Positions 15,322 to 44,123 of a stretch of 64,000 bases of DNA are shown in pieces. Source of the stretch: Chrysomallon squamiferum (lineage: Eukaryota > Animalia > Mollusca); NCBI GenBank assembly GCA_012295275.1, contig CM022667.1, positions 17,732,001 through 17,796,000 of the forward strand, in the 5' to 3' direction. Made by a program: the position numbers and the translations under genes. The notes below the pieces were generated by a model. It saw only the letters and a program-made list of their open reading frames with translations. It did no database searches and was not told the DNA's origin. Numbering within the stretch: the first letter of the stretch is position 1; each line of letters opens with the position of its first letter.

Positions 15322-16207
15322 ATGAGAGATGATCCAAACGAATCAGTTACAGAACTAATTCTCCAGGCTTTGACGCTGTCAGTAATTTTTTGGGTACAGT
15401 TTGTATTAATCGTCACCGTCCTCGTCGTGTTCGGCTTCAGCAAATCCTTGCGTGCCTGCAACAACAACATTTTTGTTATAAATCTAGTCCTGAGCGACTT
15501 CATCTTTGCAATAATTGTCATGTCCACGTCGATGGTGGACATCGTCTGCAGTAACGCTTGTGGTCAGACCATTCGGACAGGATTTGTGTGTCAGGTGAGC
15601 TGACAGTTAGGACATGAATTCAAATTTCCTTGTTATACTTGGCATGTATTCAGAAAATCACACACTGAATACTCTGATTCAGCAGAATCAGGTTAACATC
15701 AACAATCAACATATTGCTTAATCAACATATTGGTTAACATCATTAATCAACATATTGCTTATACATCACATACTGGTTAACGTCATTAATCAACGTATTA
15801 CTTATACATCACATACTGGTTAACATCATTAATCAACATTACTTATACATCACATACTGGTTAACGTCATTAATCAACGTATTGCTATAAATCACATATT
15901 GTTAATGTTATTAATCAACGTATTACTTATACATCACATGCTGGTTAACGTCATTAATCAACGTATTGCTATAAATCACATATTGTTAATGTTATTAATC
16001 AACTGTTTATACATGTTTTATTTATTATTTTATTGTAGATGACAGGGTTCGTAACAACACTCCATTACATGATGGCTGGGTACACACTGGCAATAATTGC
16101 AATAGATCGCTACTTAGCGGTAGTTCGCAAAGCATGTCTTCAATCTGTCGATAAAAGAAAACCATGGTTTAGTCCGTGAAATTTATTCTTTTCTTTTTTC
16201 TCTACGT

Positions 16208-16246
<39 letters not shown>

Positions 16247-17310
16247 TTTTATTTATTATTATTTATTTATTTATTTATTTTATTTTTGTTCTTGTTGTTG
16301 TTTTAGAGTTAAATTTAAATAAAAAGAAAATTCAGTTAATTAATATTTTAATGCTTCTTGCGAATTTCGTTATTGCTGCTGCTGCTACTGCTACTACCAC
16401 CACCATCACGATCACCACAGCAAACATCTCCACAGCTACTATTACTATATCATCACCATCATACCACCATTACCATATCATCATCCACTACCAAAACCAC
16501 TAAAATTACCTCATCTACTGTTTGCATCACTATAGCATTTTCAAGTGGACGTAAAGAGAGAGAGAGAGAAAACAGAGATAATTAATTAACAATACGCTGT
16601 TATTTCCAGTTGTCCTTGGTATTCTTTGGATATTGGCCATAAATGCATCAAGTATACCATTACTACCACACGATAGCATTAAGTACGTGTACAACCCTGG
16701 AACTAAACACTGCTCTCCAGATTTCGAGAACAGCTGTTGGTTTTTCTGGTTTTCTGCCGTCAACGGTTTAGGAGCAATCGCTCCGACGATGACGTTCAGT
16801 TACGTCAGCATTGTCAGAGAGGTTAGACGTCAAAGACAGAATATCAAGTGCGAAAATATTGTTACTGAATGTTCATCTGACGCTGGATGTCTTCATTGGA
16901 TGTCCTCACTCACAGCTGAGCGGGAAGTGGCAAAGCGAGGCAAGTGACCTATTTAAACAATCAAACCACTGTACTCTGTGATATTATACCACCAAAAAGA
17001 TTTTTTTTTTTTTTTTTTTTTTTAAATGTCGGCGTCGAGGTGTCTTTAATCTGTAATATTTTATACTTCCTTATCGGTTTAGACCGGAAAAAGATCATTT
17101 TGAAATATACATTTGTCTAAATTATTTATTAGTCAACCTAAGTTACTTAAATGTCAGTCCTCTGACATTACGACATTTCGAACGGAAATTGTCTGGTGAA
17201 TATGTTGTTCCTGCCGATAACAGTACTGGTTAGCTTTCATGGGTTAAATACACAATAAAAAAAAAAAATAATAATTAAGTAAATAAATATGCATATGTTT
17301 GCGCGCGCTG

Positions 17311-17343
<33 letters not shown>

Positions 17344-17465
17344 GGATATGTCTATGTATTTATATATTTAAGTATGAACGTACGTACACGTGTATATATA
17401 TATTTGTATGTGTGTATTATACTACTACATATGTAGACATGTATACATGCGCATACTTAATTGTC

Positions 17466-17539
<74 letters not shown>

Positions 17540-17799
17540 TATATATATACATACATACATTCCATTCAGGTATTGTAATGGTCTTAGTACATCTGTTGTG
17601 CTGGACTCCATACACAATAATACACTTATGTCCCGTGAAGATTAACGCGCCCCTATGGATGGAGATAACTTCGATGTGGATGGTGTTTACTCTGACTATC
17701 TGGAACCCTATCATCTACGTGTTTCACAACAGACAGTTCATAAACGAGCTCAGACGGCTTGTAGCACGGGTAAAATGTAAAATTCTAGCTGATCACTGA
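15322..17799 (+). CDS. Orphan class A GPCR, paralogue 3 (~321 aa, 4 coding exons)
   Basis: Exons 15322-15594, 16039-16171, 16610-16939, 17570-17799. DRY, CWTPY and NPIIY present; closest to paralogue 2. The intron 3 donor is GC (G|gcaagt). Confidence 0.92.
15690..16003. repeat. Degenerate ~40-bp minisatellite in GPCR3 intron 1
   Basis: Recurrent GGTTAACRTCATTAATCAACRTATTRCTTATACATCACATACT. Confidence 0.85.
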
Positions 17800-18078
17800 T
17801 TTTTTTTTATTAAAAAGAAAATAACTGGGACGACTTGTTGAACAGACAAAATTTTAACGTAACAAAAAGACCTTAACAAGGTCACTGTGTAATTTTAAAT
17901 GACGTTAGCAGGAAAACGGCTTGTAGAACGGATAAAAGTTTTACATACGTGTTCTTGTTGTTTTTTTTTTAATGTTTTTTTTTTTTTTTTAATCAACTAT
18001 ATAAAACATTTGCAAGTTTTAAAATAACGAATATATTCATTTTCTATTTTCATCTTTTAAAAAAATAATTTTTGTCAA

Positions 18079-18412
18079 AAAGGAGTGTATATATAATCAG
18101 AGAACAAAACAAAATAAAAAACACTGGTGAGCAAAGGCTGTGACTAAAAAAGTATATAGAAGTTCTGAATTCTTGTTGTTTCTTATTATACGTATATGTA
18201 TGTATGTATTATGTACGTTTGTATTTTTCTGTTTGTATGTATGTGTGTTTTCGTGCATGTGTGTATGTTTGTGGGTATGTATGTATGTATATATGCGTAT
18301 ACATCGTGCGCAAAATTCTACATATAAAGACACAGTACTTTGAAAGAACAATTTATCTGATTCCTAGTTTGTTCTTTTATTATAAATCATAAAATTATAA
18401 TATTAACATGAT

Positions 18413-18495
<83 letters not shown>

Positions 18496-18685
18496 ACTAA
18501 TATATTCAACAAAGTCAAACAACTGTTCACAATTAAATTTATTTTGTTCGTTCTGAGATAGCATGATCTCATTATTCATTTTATTTTCTCTCTTTAGTGA
18601 GTTCTAGATTATATCACATAATACAATCTTTATCATAAATTTTATATGGTAACGAAGATGAAAATAAAATATTAACAAACTTGTT
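18079..18685. repeat. Chimeric duplicate: direct copy of ~10686-10990, then (GA)n, then inverted copy of ~13117-13299
   Basis: Shared blocks TATATAATCAGAGAACAAAA, GCAAAGGCTGTGACTAAAAAA, CGTGCGCAAAATTCTACA, GATTCCTAGTTTGTTCTTTTATTATAAATCA. Then GTCAAACAACTGTTCACAATTAAATTTATTTTGTTCG and GTGAGTTCTAGATTATATCACATAATACAATCTTTATCATAAATTTT, which are reverse complements of 13160-13287. Confidence 0.88.
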
Positions 18686-19744
18686 AATACACAATTATAA
18701 TCAATGGCTTAGGAAAGTTCTATGAATTTGTTGTTCCAATTTTTTTCTCTATACACACAATATTAATATAATAAAACATCATTATCAACATTCAAAAAGA
18801 AAAATCGATTATGAAGACCATAATTATTTAAAATATTTCCTTCTATAGAATAAATGGTATTATGAATTCAAAGATCACAAGATTATGGATATTATGGGTT
18901 CAAAAAGGTTAGTATAAACCCGTATTGAGCTCAAAGATAAAGGATAAAGAAAGAAAAGGATATGGAATTCGTCATCATAAATAAAGCAATGACTCTGATG
19001 ATGATATCGATAAAACTAAAATGAAAACATTTTCACGTAAGTTGAAATAATCTAACTAAACACATGAACACTAAAGAAATGCAGTTATTATAATTCATAA
19101 AGGAAATAATTTGTACAAACAGTATAAAGAAAATATAGTTATCTCTACAAAATAAACATAATTATATAGGAAAATAAAAGTAAACTTCTATCAAAACTGT
19201 AATGTAAACAATAGTAATAATCATATAAAAACTATAGTTTTATTCATAAAAATAATAAGAAAACAAAAAATATAAATGCTGATGGAAAAGTAAATTATAG
19301 CAAACTATTTCAATCTGTCAACAGTTAAGTTAAACGAGGACCAAATATTCAACCCGAACGATACTAAAATGATAATTATAAAGCAACCAAAAGAATAATA
19401 ATAATAAAAAATATGGAGATGGTAACCATTTTAAATAAATATGTGGGTCTCATTATATTAATACATATATCAGTAACATATCTAGTCATCTATCTCTATA
19501 AATATAAAAATTAAATCTACAATTATGTCGATATACGAAGGATATGTTAAACTGAAGTTTACAACAATAATCAACAAAGTATAATAGCATAATAACCGCA
19601 GTAAAACTAAATTTTAAAAAAGGCATTAACACTATTGTGACTGAATGCTTTTTAGTTTACTGCTGGCAGCCATAGTATTAAAAGGGTTTATAAATATATT
19701 TTACTGATTACTATGAAACCATAGTTTTTGGTTTTGTAGTTAAG

Positions 19745-19797
<53 letters not shown>

Positions 19798-19965
19798 AGT
19801 ATTTGTGGTACTTATTAATGTAAAAAAAGCATCTTTGAAATGTTCTTAGCTGTACATAACCTATACGTCAAGCATTAAAGTCTTGAAAATCTGTCAGAGT
19901 TGTTTTCTGCTGTCTTGTGCACAGTGATGTTTCTTGCATACGCCAAAAATTCACTGCATAAAAAT

Positions 19966-33296
<13,331 letters not shown>

Positions 33297-34022
33297 TTGG
33301 AATTCAGCAGTAATACTCAGAAACAAAAACTATTCCTCACTGCTAGCCAGTATAATAACTAAATAATATCCTTGAAGAAAGTTTGAAAGCTTTTCAGAAA
33401 GAAACGTTAGGCCATCTAACGACAAATATTTCAGCTTTGTTTACATCGCATTTGTTTTCGCTGGGTTTTTTTTTTTTTTCGTAATTTGCTCTTGGGAATT
33501 CTTGAAACCTCGGAGTAATAGTATTCTATTACTGCTGACATATGCTTTTCATTTAGATGGTGACTGTTTTAAAATGTTCTGAGCTGAAACCGGTGACAAC
33601 TGATCTAATTTACGACTGGCAGTTTGAGCAAAGAGATAAGTAGGAAGGCATGTGGTTCGTAGGAAGAAAAAGGGGAGGGTTTGCAAATATTAGAATACTA
33701 CAAAAATTAAATATTTTAAGAAGAAATTACCATTATTTATTAAATAAATGAAATAAAAAAATAAGAGAAGTAGTCACAAACAGGTATTATTATTAGTATT
33801 ATTAAATACATATCTAAATAAACAGCCAACCGCCAGACATACACAGACCCTACAGTCAGCTCGACATTCCTCTACTCTAAGCTCTCTGGAGCCGCCCTTG
33901 ACGCTGTTGTCACCACTGTGTGCATTGTTTCGGTTAATGTAGGATTCTGTATGCTTTAGATAATTTATATAACAGTCTTTGAACAACGTCAGCTGCTGAT
34001 AAAAACTTGATTACTCCTGTGC

Positions 34023-34146
34023 AATACAAAGACAGGTTAATCGGATGTAAAGTCTGTATGACAAAGATGATTGTTTTATGTAATACAAAGACAGGTTGAT
34101 CGGATGTAAAGTCTGTATGACAAAGATGATTGTTTTATGTAATACA
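34023..34146. repeat. 59-bp tandem duplication
   Basis: AATACAAAGACAGGTT(A/G)ATCGGATGTAAAGTCTGTATGACAAAGATGATTGTTTTATGT twice. Confidence 0.9.
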
Positions 34147-34471
34147 CTCGCTACCTTTCTGGATTAATAATAAAGTATGATAATGAAAATCAATTCGTAA
34201 AAGTATCCTATTTATTTAAGTTCTTTTATAATTTATAATTTTTGATTTATTTCTTGGTTTCTTAATTATTTATTTGTTTGTTTTTGTTTGTTATTTTTAC
34301 GCCCTTATATTTTATATTCGAGTAGACGGTTAAGTACTTTAATATAATAATGTAAATCATTTGTAGTTGCAAAAACTAACGTCTACCCAACCGAAGTATC
34401 CGATCCAAACCCAATCTTATCTTCAGTTGGAATATTTCTTTTTCCTTTCGTAAGTTCTTCTTAAGGATAAA

Positions 34472-34542
<71 letters not shown>

Positions 34543-34666
34543 CAACAGCAGCAGCAACAACAACAACAGTGAACAATTATAATGGAATAGATGCCTTTAA
34601 TCTACATCATATGTAATTTCCCTCTAAACAGTTTTCTTGTCATTTACCAGATTAGTACCAGTCACT

Positions 34667-35547
34667 TTAAATCCTGTCAAACACATCCTGAGGGAGAAAA
34701 ACCAAACTTTTGAATGATTCAACAGTTGCAGTGGACGGCGACAACTTTGTCACATACTCTCCTGTACAGCTGTAGACCTCGATATTTCTGTAAAATTAAA
34801 AATGTAGATATTTGTTTATTTATGTGTAGTGTATAAACTGCACACACTCACAAACACACACACACACACACACACAAATACACACACATACACATACATA
34901 CATACATACATACATACATACATACATACATACATACATACATACATACATACATACATACATACATACACATATATTATTTTCTTTGGAACACATTTTG
35001 TTTCCTTTACATTTTCTTTTCCTGTCTGTGATATCAAAAATTAATGTCTGTGCTAATTCAACTGATCAGACAATGAATTCGTTCTCTGATGAATAAATTA
35101 TGTAAATATTCTCTTTTGTTTCACATCCAGTTACAGAAAATTAATAAATTAATACATTCATAACAGTATCAATCATTCAGTCCATTCACTATTCATCCAT
35201 ACAGTCAGTCTATATTCATACCTTCCTTCAATCACTCATTATTCAGTAATTACTTATTCATTAGTCATTCAGTCGTCCGTTTTTCGACTCATTGGATCGT
35301 TTACTTACCGTTCAGATCTTAACATGACGTAGATTTTGTCCTGGTTAAGGTAAATTGCAGTGACAAGGTTAACAAAAAGTGTGTCAAGCTTCACTTCTCT
35401 TCGTCCACCACCCTCCAAGTCTGTCCAGATAAACTTGGAGTACGTGATGGCTTGATAGGACCAAACCAGTCTGTGATCTGCAATAAAAGGCAAGCGGCGC
35501 TCAGAGTTCTTAGGTTTATAGGACACAAGTTCGAAACCTGGTAATAG

Positions 35548-35597
<50 letters not shown>

Positions 35598-36879
35598 ACA
35601 CACGCATGTATACATGATGTATGTAGACATAATGAATTTAAACAATAGGACACACACACACATATAGCTCTTTTTAAAAACTTACAGATCCGGTCCACTG
35701 TTAAGGACTGACTGTACGTGTCGTAGTGACTGATTTGTTTTGTTGTGTTGCTGTCGTAAGATCTGCTAAACAGCTTGTTATCATCTACCCAGAACAACAG
35801 TCTGCGGAAGAGAGAAACAACACGAAATAGCAACTTAAATCAATTAGAACTTTAACAATGTAATCTTATTCTTTTATCACTATATAAAAAAAAAAAATGA
35901 CTACATTGATAGAATGAATATATATATTTAGAATGAATATATATATTCTTTCTTTCGGTATATTCGTATATTTGTTTTTATCAGTAGTTATGAACTTTTT
36001 AACAGCATATTCGTATCGGACGGTAGTCATATCTTTTTATCAGTTTTGTGTTATCTTTCTACTAATCATATTTCTATCGGAACAATCGTTTTATTATTAT
36101 TTTTAATTTAATTTTTATTATTATTTTTAATTTAATTTTTATTATTATTTTTTGTTTAGTAATATATTATTTTATGGTTGAAGTCGAGTGATATTTACAT
36201 ACATTATATATACATACAGACACACATATATTCAGTGGTACCTCGACTTACGAATATAATTCGTTCCGTGGCTGAGCTCGTATATCAAATCAATTTTCCC
36301 AACTGAAATTAATTGAATTACCATTAATCCGTTCCAGTCCCAAAAGCCACCCCATGTTTTTGTAACGTGTTTTAAAATAAGAAAAATGTATTTATAAATG
36401 ACAAAATAAAATGTAAAAAAAATAAATTGGTTTTGTAAAGTGTATTTATCTTGGAGATCAGACAAATTATTTTAATGCCTTTGGCTGGAGTTACAGCCTT
36501 TATCGTGTGGTACACGTTGACTATATGCACTCCTCGCTCAAGTTTTTCTATGAATTCAATGGACATCATCCGCTTTTTCTTCTCGGCATTGTCCTTTGCA
36601 CTCATTTTCTTAGGATCCATGGTCAGAAAAAAGAAATTTGGCAAAATACTGCACAAAACGCGAGCAACACAACAGAGATGCTTCCACGGCGAGGTAACAC
36701 GTGAGGTAACACGTGAGGTAACACATGAGGTAACACGTGAGGTAACACGTGAGGTAAGACGTGAGGTAAGACGTGAGGTAACACATGAGGTAAACGAGTA
36801 ACTCAAAGCAAAAATCGACCGGACGACTTCTCATAACTCGGAAAACTCGTAAGTTGGTATTCTCGTAAGTCAAGTATGA

Positions 36880-36915
<36 letters not shown>

Positions 36916-37373
36916 GTATATAACATGTTTCTATATATACATATTTGATTAATTTATATGTTTTGTTGCTGTTGTTGTTGTTGTTGTTGTTGTTATTATT
37001 AATTTTTTTTATTGACACTCTTACCTATGGTCTGGACAAACTTGTAAACTAGTCCAGTGGTGCTTCTTGCCGTCGTCTATGACCTTTGTCAATGTTTTTG
37101 TGTCTATGTTCACCATCCCCAAGTACAAATCAGACGTTAATGAGCTTGTGAAGTACAGTCGGCGATTTGTGGCGTCCAGAGCAATTACTTCCGGCTGAAT
37201 ATCTGATATATATTAACCAAGTGGTATTTATTAGTAATCAAAAGAATGAAATGATAAAGATAACAAATAAACAAATACAAAACTAAAAAAACAAGAAGAA
37301 AAACCAGCGTAACCAAAATAGAACAAAAAAACAAACACGCACACACATACACACACACACACACCACATACAC

Positions 37374-37439
<66 letters not shown>

Positions 37440-37605
37440 CGAAAACCCCAAAACCCAATGAAAAAAAAGAAAGAAAAAAAAACCAGCAAACAACAACAAA
37501 AATAACAACAAAAGTACTACAAAAAATAACAAATTATCCAAACAAAAAAAAAAAAAAATTTAACAAAATACAGCAACAAAAACTGAATTAAACAAAGACA
37601 AAATA

Positions 37606-37669
<64 letters not shown>

Positions 37670-38696
37670 TAATAATAACAATAAAAATAAAATAAAATAA
37701 AATAAATAACCCTTCCCCAAAAACCAAATAAATTGCATAAAAAATATAATAGTAACAAATCTAGAACAAAATTTTATCTAAAATAATACATATCAAAAAC
37801 ATATTATATACTTTTTTTTGTGTCTGTGTGTGTCAACAAAAGTATACCGTAGAGAAACTATATACTCACTCGAAATAAGAACTTCTTGATTTTCGCCTTT
37901 TAAACCTGAGGTCACTAAATTATTTCGTCCACGATCTGCCCAATATAGTCGCCAGGTGGCGCTGTCCAAATTCACGAAAGCCATTCCACCAACTGATAAG
38001 TTATATCCTGACCAAGTCCCATTAAATGTTTCAATAAGACTGTTTTCTGATTGAATAAACAGCAAAACCGTCTGCAAGGAACTGCCTTAAAAAGTAAATA
38101 AAATTAATATCGTATTAGCACTAGTAGTAATAGTAGCAGTAATGACAGTAATATAGTACTAGTAGTGGAGATGCTATTAGTAGTAATAGCACTTATATGA
38201 GTTGTAGCAGTAGTAGTAGGAGTAGTTTAGGTGTAATTATCAGATTTGACTGTATCTGATTTTATCAACAACATCTTTATTGCTTCTAATGTTTTTAAAA
38301 ATTTCAAGAAAGGAAACTTATAATATCACAATAATATCTTAATTAAATGTTTGTATATTAAATTATAAATAAAAAACACCCACCTTCTTTTCTGTAATAC
38401 TGTTTGGAAATATTAGTTCGTTCTTGACATCCTGTTGAAATCGGATTCTTATAGAGAAAACAGTTTCCTGAATCCTTTTCAAACATGTTTGTACTGCACA
38501 GTTCATCACTTGTACAGAAAACCGCACACTCTACAACACTTCTCAACTTTACTTTTCTTATCAGATATTTCTCTGAAATAATCTTGTTTCGTAGGTTGCT
38601 GTTTTCTGCAAAATTACCTCGTCGAAAATTGAAGTTTATAGCAGTGATGATTTGTACCAAGAACGGAACAGAAACAAGCCACTGTAGAAACGCCAT
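34667..38696 (-). CDS. Secreted PAN/Apple domain + YWTD (LDLR class B)-like beta-propeller protein, paralogue A (~370 aa, 6 exons)
   Basis: Exons 38696-38384, 38085-37870, 37202-37025, 35801-35686, 35477-35309, 34787-34667 in frame with GT-AG introns. Signal-like N-terminus; PAN motif SVVECAVFCTSDELCSTNMF...CFLY; blade motifs LDSATWRLYWAD, LDATNRRLYFT, LLFWVD, VDRI.HRLVW, KIYV. Confidence 0.85.
36233..36882 (-). mobile_element. Tigger/pogo-type (TcMar) non-autonomous element in PAN-A intron 3
   Basis: Left TIR CAGTGGTACCTCGACTTACG; degenerate right TIR CTCGTAAGTCAAGTATGAGTG. Minus-strand relic MDPKKMSAKDNAEKKKRMMSIE...IEKLERGV...KAVTPAKGIKII resembles the N-terminal HTH_psq region of Tigger transposases. 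Confidence 0.8.
36691..36793. repeat. 12-bp tandem repeat GAGGTAACACGT x8.5 inside the Tigger element
   Basis: Directly visible; it produces the VTRE/SRVT repeat ORFs in the track. Confidence 0.93.
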
Positions 38697-39895
38697 TCCA
38701 GTTTCTACATCATTCGTCTCGTAGTCCGAGTGTGTGTAGTTAACACATATATAGGTTCATTGATGTTTAATTAATAATGTAGTGAACAGTTAAACATATT
38801 GCTCCTTTGTCGTGCAACATTTTTGCCATTCCATGTTTGATGCTTTTTGGTTTTACTCGTCTCTTTTAAATGAAGTCTGTATTGTTTCTTCTTCTTGTTT
38901 AGTTTTATTTTCGTTTTCTTTTGATTAGTTTGGATTGAGTAGTCTTACAGTTACTAAATCGATAATTCCAAAATAAACTAAATATTGTTTGTGCATAATT
39001 AAAGCTATGTATGAAAACAAAAGATTGATATTTCTCAAAGATTACGTTTAGAGCGCCGATGTGTATTCCCTATAGATGTATTACTGACATTTTAAAATAA
39101 CATTAATTCACTGAACAACATTTAACATAAAAAGAAGAAAAAGAGTCGTTTTTATTAACTGTTAACCGTGGCCAATAGAGTAGGTTTAATTAAAGCAACC
39201 TTGCACATGTTGTAACCTGAGCTTGGCACAACTCTGGACTGTGAGATGCTTGCAGTAATGCTGGATGATGGGATCCTGATGGCTGAGCTGGGTGCATATC
39301 CGCGAATATGTTTTCTGGCAACACACCACTTTGACCTGGAGTTCTCACAGACTGATGGTCAGGGAGGCCCGAGCTGATCGGCAGGTTCGTCACGCGAAGC
39401 TCTTGAGCAAACAATCTTTGTTTTGTTTATGTAATCAGTAACAAACATTTACTATTCGTATTTGTTGCTCTTGCGGCGGTGGCTTGGGTCAGTTAGATGA
39501 CTTCGTGTTTATAGATCAGCCATAAATTAGATCAGTTGTCACCGGTTTCAGCTCAGCTAATTCGTCAAATACTTTGATTAAATCATTTGTCAAAACAGAC
39601 ACGAAAGGCTGGATATCTCTCTTAACCTGTTATTCCTTTTACACCGAATCTATTACAAATGTCAACATTCTGGTCGCGTCTAAACAACATGTCGAAACAA
39701 ACTGACGTGTGTTCGCTATGGTGACGTCATTAAGTCATGTAGTAATGATGTCTGTAAAGCTGAGGGAAGCTATCAGTTCCAGTTCGTTCGTTCGACGTGT
39801 TGCTTGTTGATGCGACTCATGAGATAGATCTTTCATCGTGTTAAACTAACATCAAAGTAATTCAACTTCCTCTACTTCCTCCTAATCACTAATTT

Positions 39896-40045
39896 AATCA
39901 TTCATGGAACTGCCGTGGGATTTGTTCCAATTTTGATAAAATGTCTTTTAATTGAAAAACATAATTCTGTTGCAGTGTGTCTTCAGGAAGGTTACTTAAA
40001 TTAGACTGATCATATTACAATGAGAAGATTTAATCTCTATCAAGA
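39896..40045 (+). mobile_element. LINE apurinic-endonuclease N-terminal fragment
   Basis: Frameshifted WNCRGICSNFDKM / LIEKHNSVAVCLQE, matching the APE motifs WNxRG and xLQE. Confidence 0.65.
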
Positions 40046-41005
40046 ACTTGAAAAGTGAGCACTGGATGTAACCTGGGTGCTTTAAGTGCTTTTTGTCGCT
40101 TTCCAACACGGATTCAAAACCCTGGAAACTCCTTCGTATTTTGTTTTACTTTTGTTTCGACACCCAACAGCCGATAAACGTTTTAGTAATACTACGTTAA
40201 TAAAATGAACTGAGTTGTTTAACATTCACACATTCACAAAGATAAAAAAAAAACATGATACAAATGAAATTATTTTAAAGTTTATTGACAAAGTGGTATT
40301 ATCTTATTACGCATTCATAGATATTTTAATTAATAAATAAATTCAAATTAATTTTCGTTAATAACAACTATTAATTTCCAGTCCTCAGATTTTCTGTATA
40401 CTGTGCATTAAAACCAAAGCACACTAAATAAACATATTTTTGGAATGGTTACATAAATAATTTGATGTAGATGTTGAATCAAATTCTCAAAATATAGAGC
40501 CCACTTCCAGAGCTATACACTATTTATATCATGTCTAATAGAAGTTTTCATGAAATCGCATATTGCCACTGCCTATGTGTCAAAATTTACAATGTGTCAC
40601 ATTTATAAAATAAAAACAAACAAAAAACAACAATATAATCAAAATAAATTGAAAAAATAAACAGACAAAAAACGAAAGAAAAAAAAAAAACATGACCACA
40701 ACCACTACCAAGAAAAAAGAATTATAATATGTTGCTTCAGTTTCATGGATCTAAATCCATTATAAATAAAAACAAAAATCTATGCAGCAGTATTTTCAGA
40801 AGATCCGAATAATCAAAAATGAATATAACCGAAAAAACAACAAAAAACAACAACAAAAAAAACAACAACCAGGGCATGTATTGCGGGTATTTTGCAGGTA
40901 TGGCCTGTTCTGGTAGAGCGTGTTTTCATGTGATTTTATAAGTTATCAGACTAGCGAAAAATCTATGATGGATCTCTTCAATTGTTCTGTACTCAAACTA
41001 CAAAT

Positions 41006-43854
<2,849 letters not shown>

Positions 43855-44084
43855 AACTAACTGAAAAACTAGAAGACGGTTGAGAAAATACCTTATATAC
43901 AAATATACATATTTTTATTAAATAATTAATATGAAACAAAGCAAAATAGATATAAATTGGCCAGCTGTTTTTTCTGATCTTTCTTATCAGGTTTTTTTTT
44001 TTTTTTTTTGGTTTATTATTAAATTATTCTCTTTCCTATCATAAAATGATATGCGAAAAAAAAAAAAAAATTATAATAAATAGA

Positions 44085-44123
<39 letters not shown>

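Noticed and set aside
2195-17799. GPCRs as opsins or biogenic-amine receptors
   Set aside because: No Lys at 7.43 (Phe instead) and no Asp at 3.32 (Thr instead).
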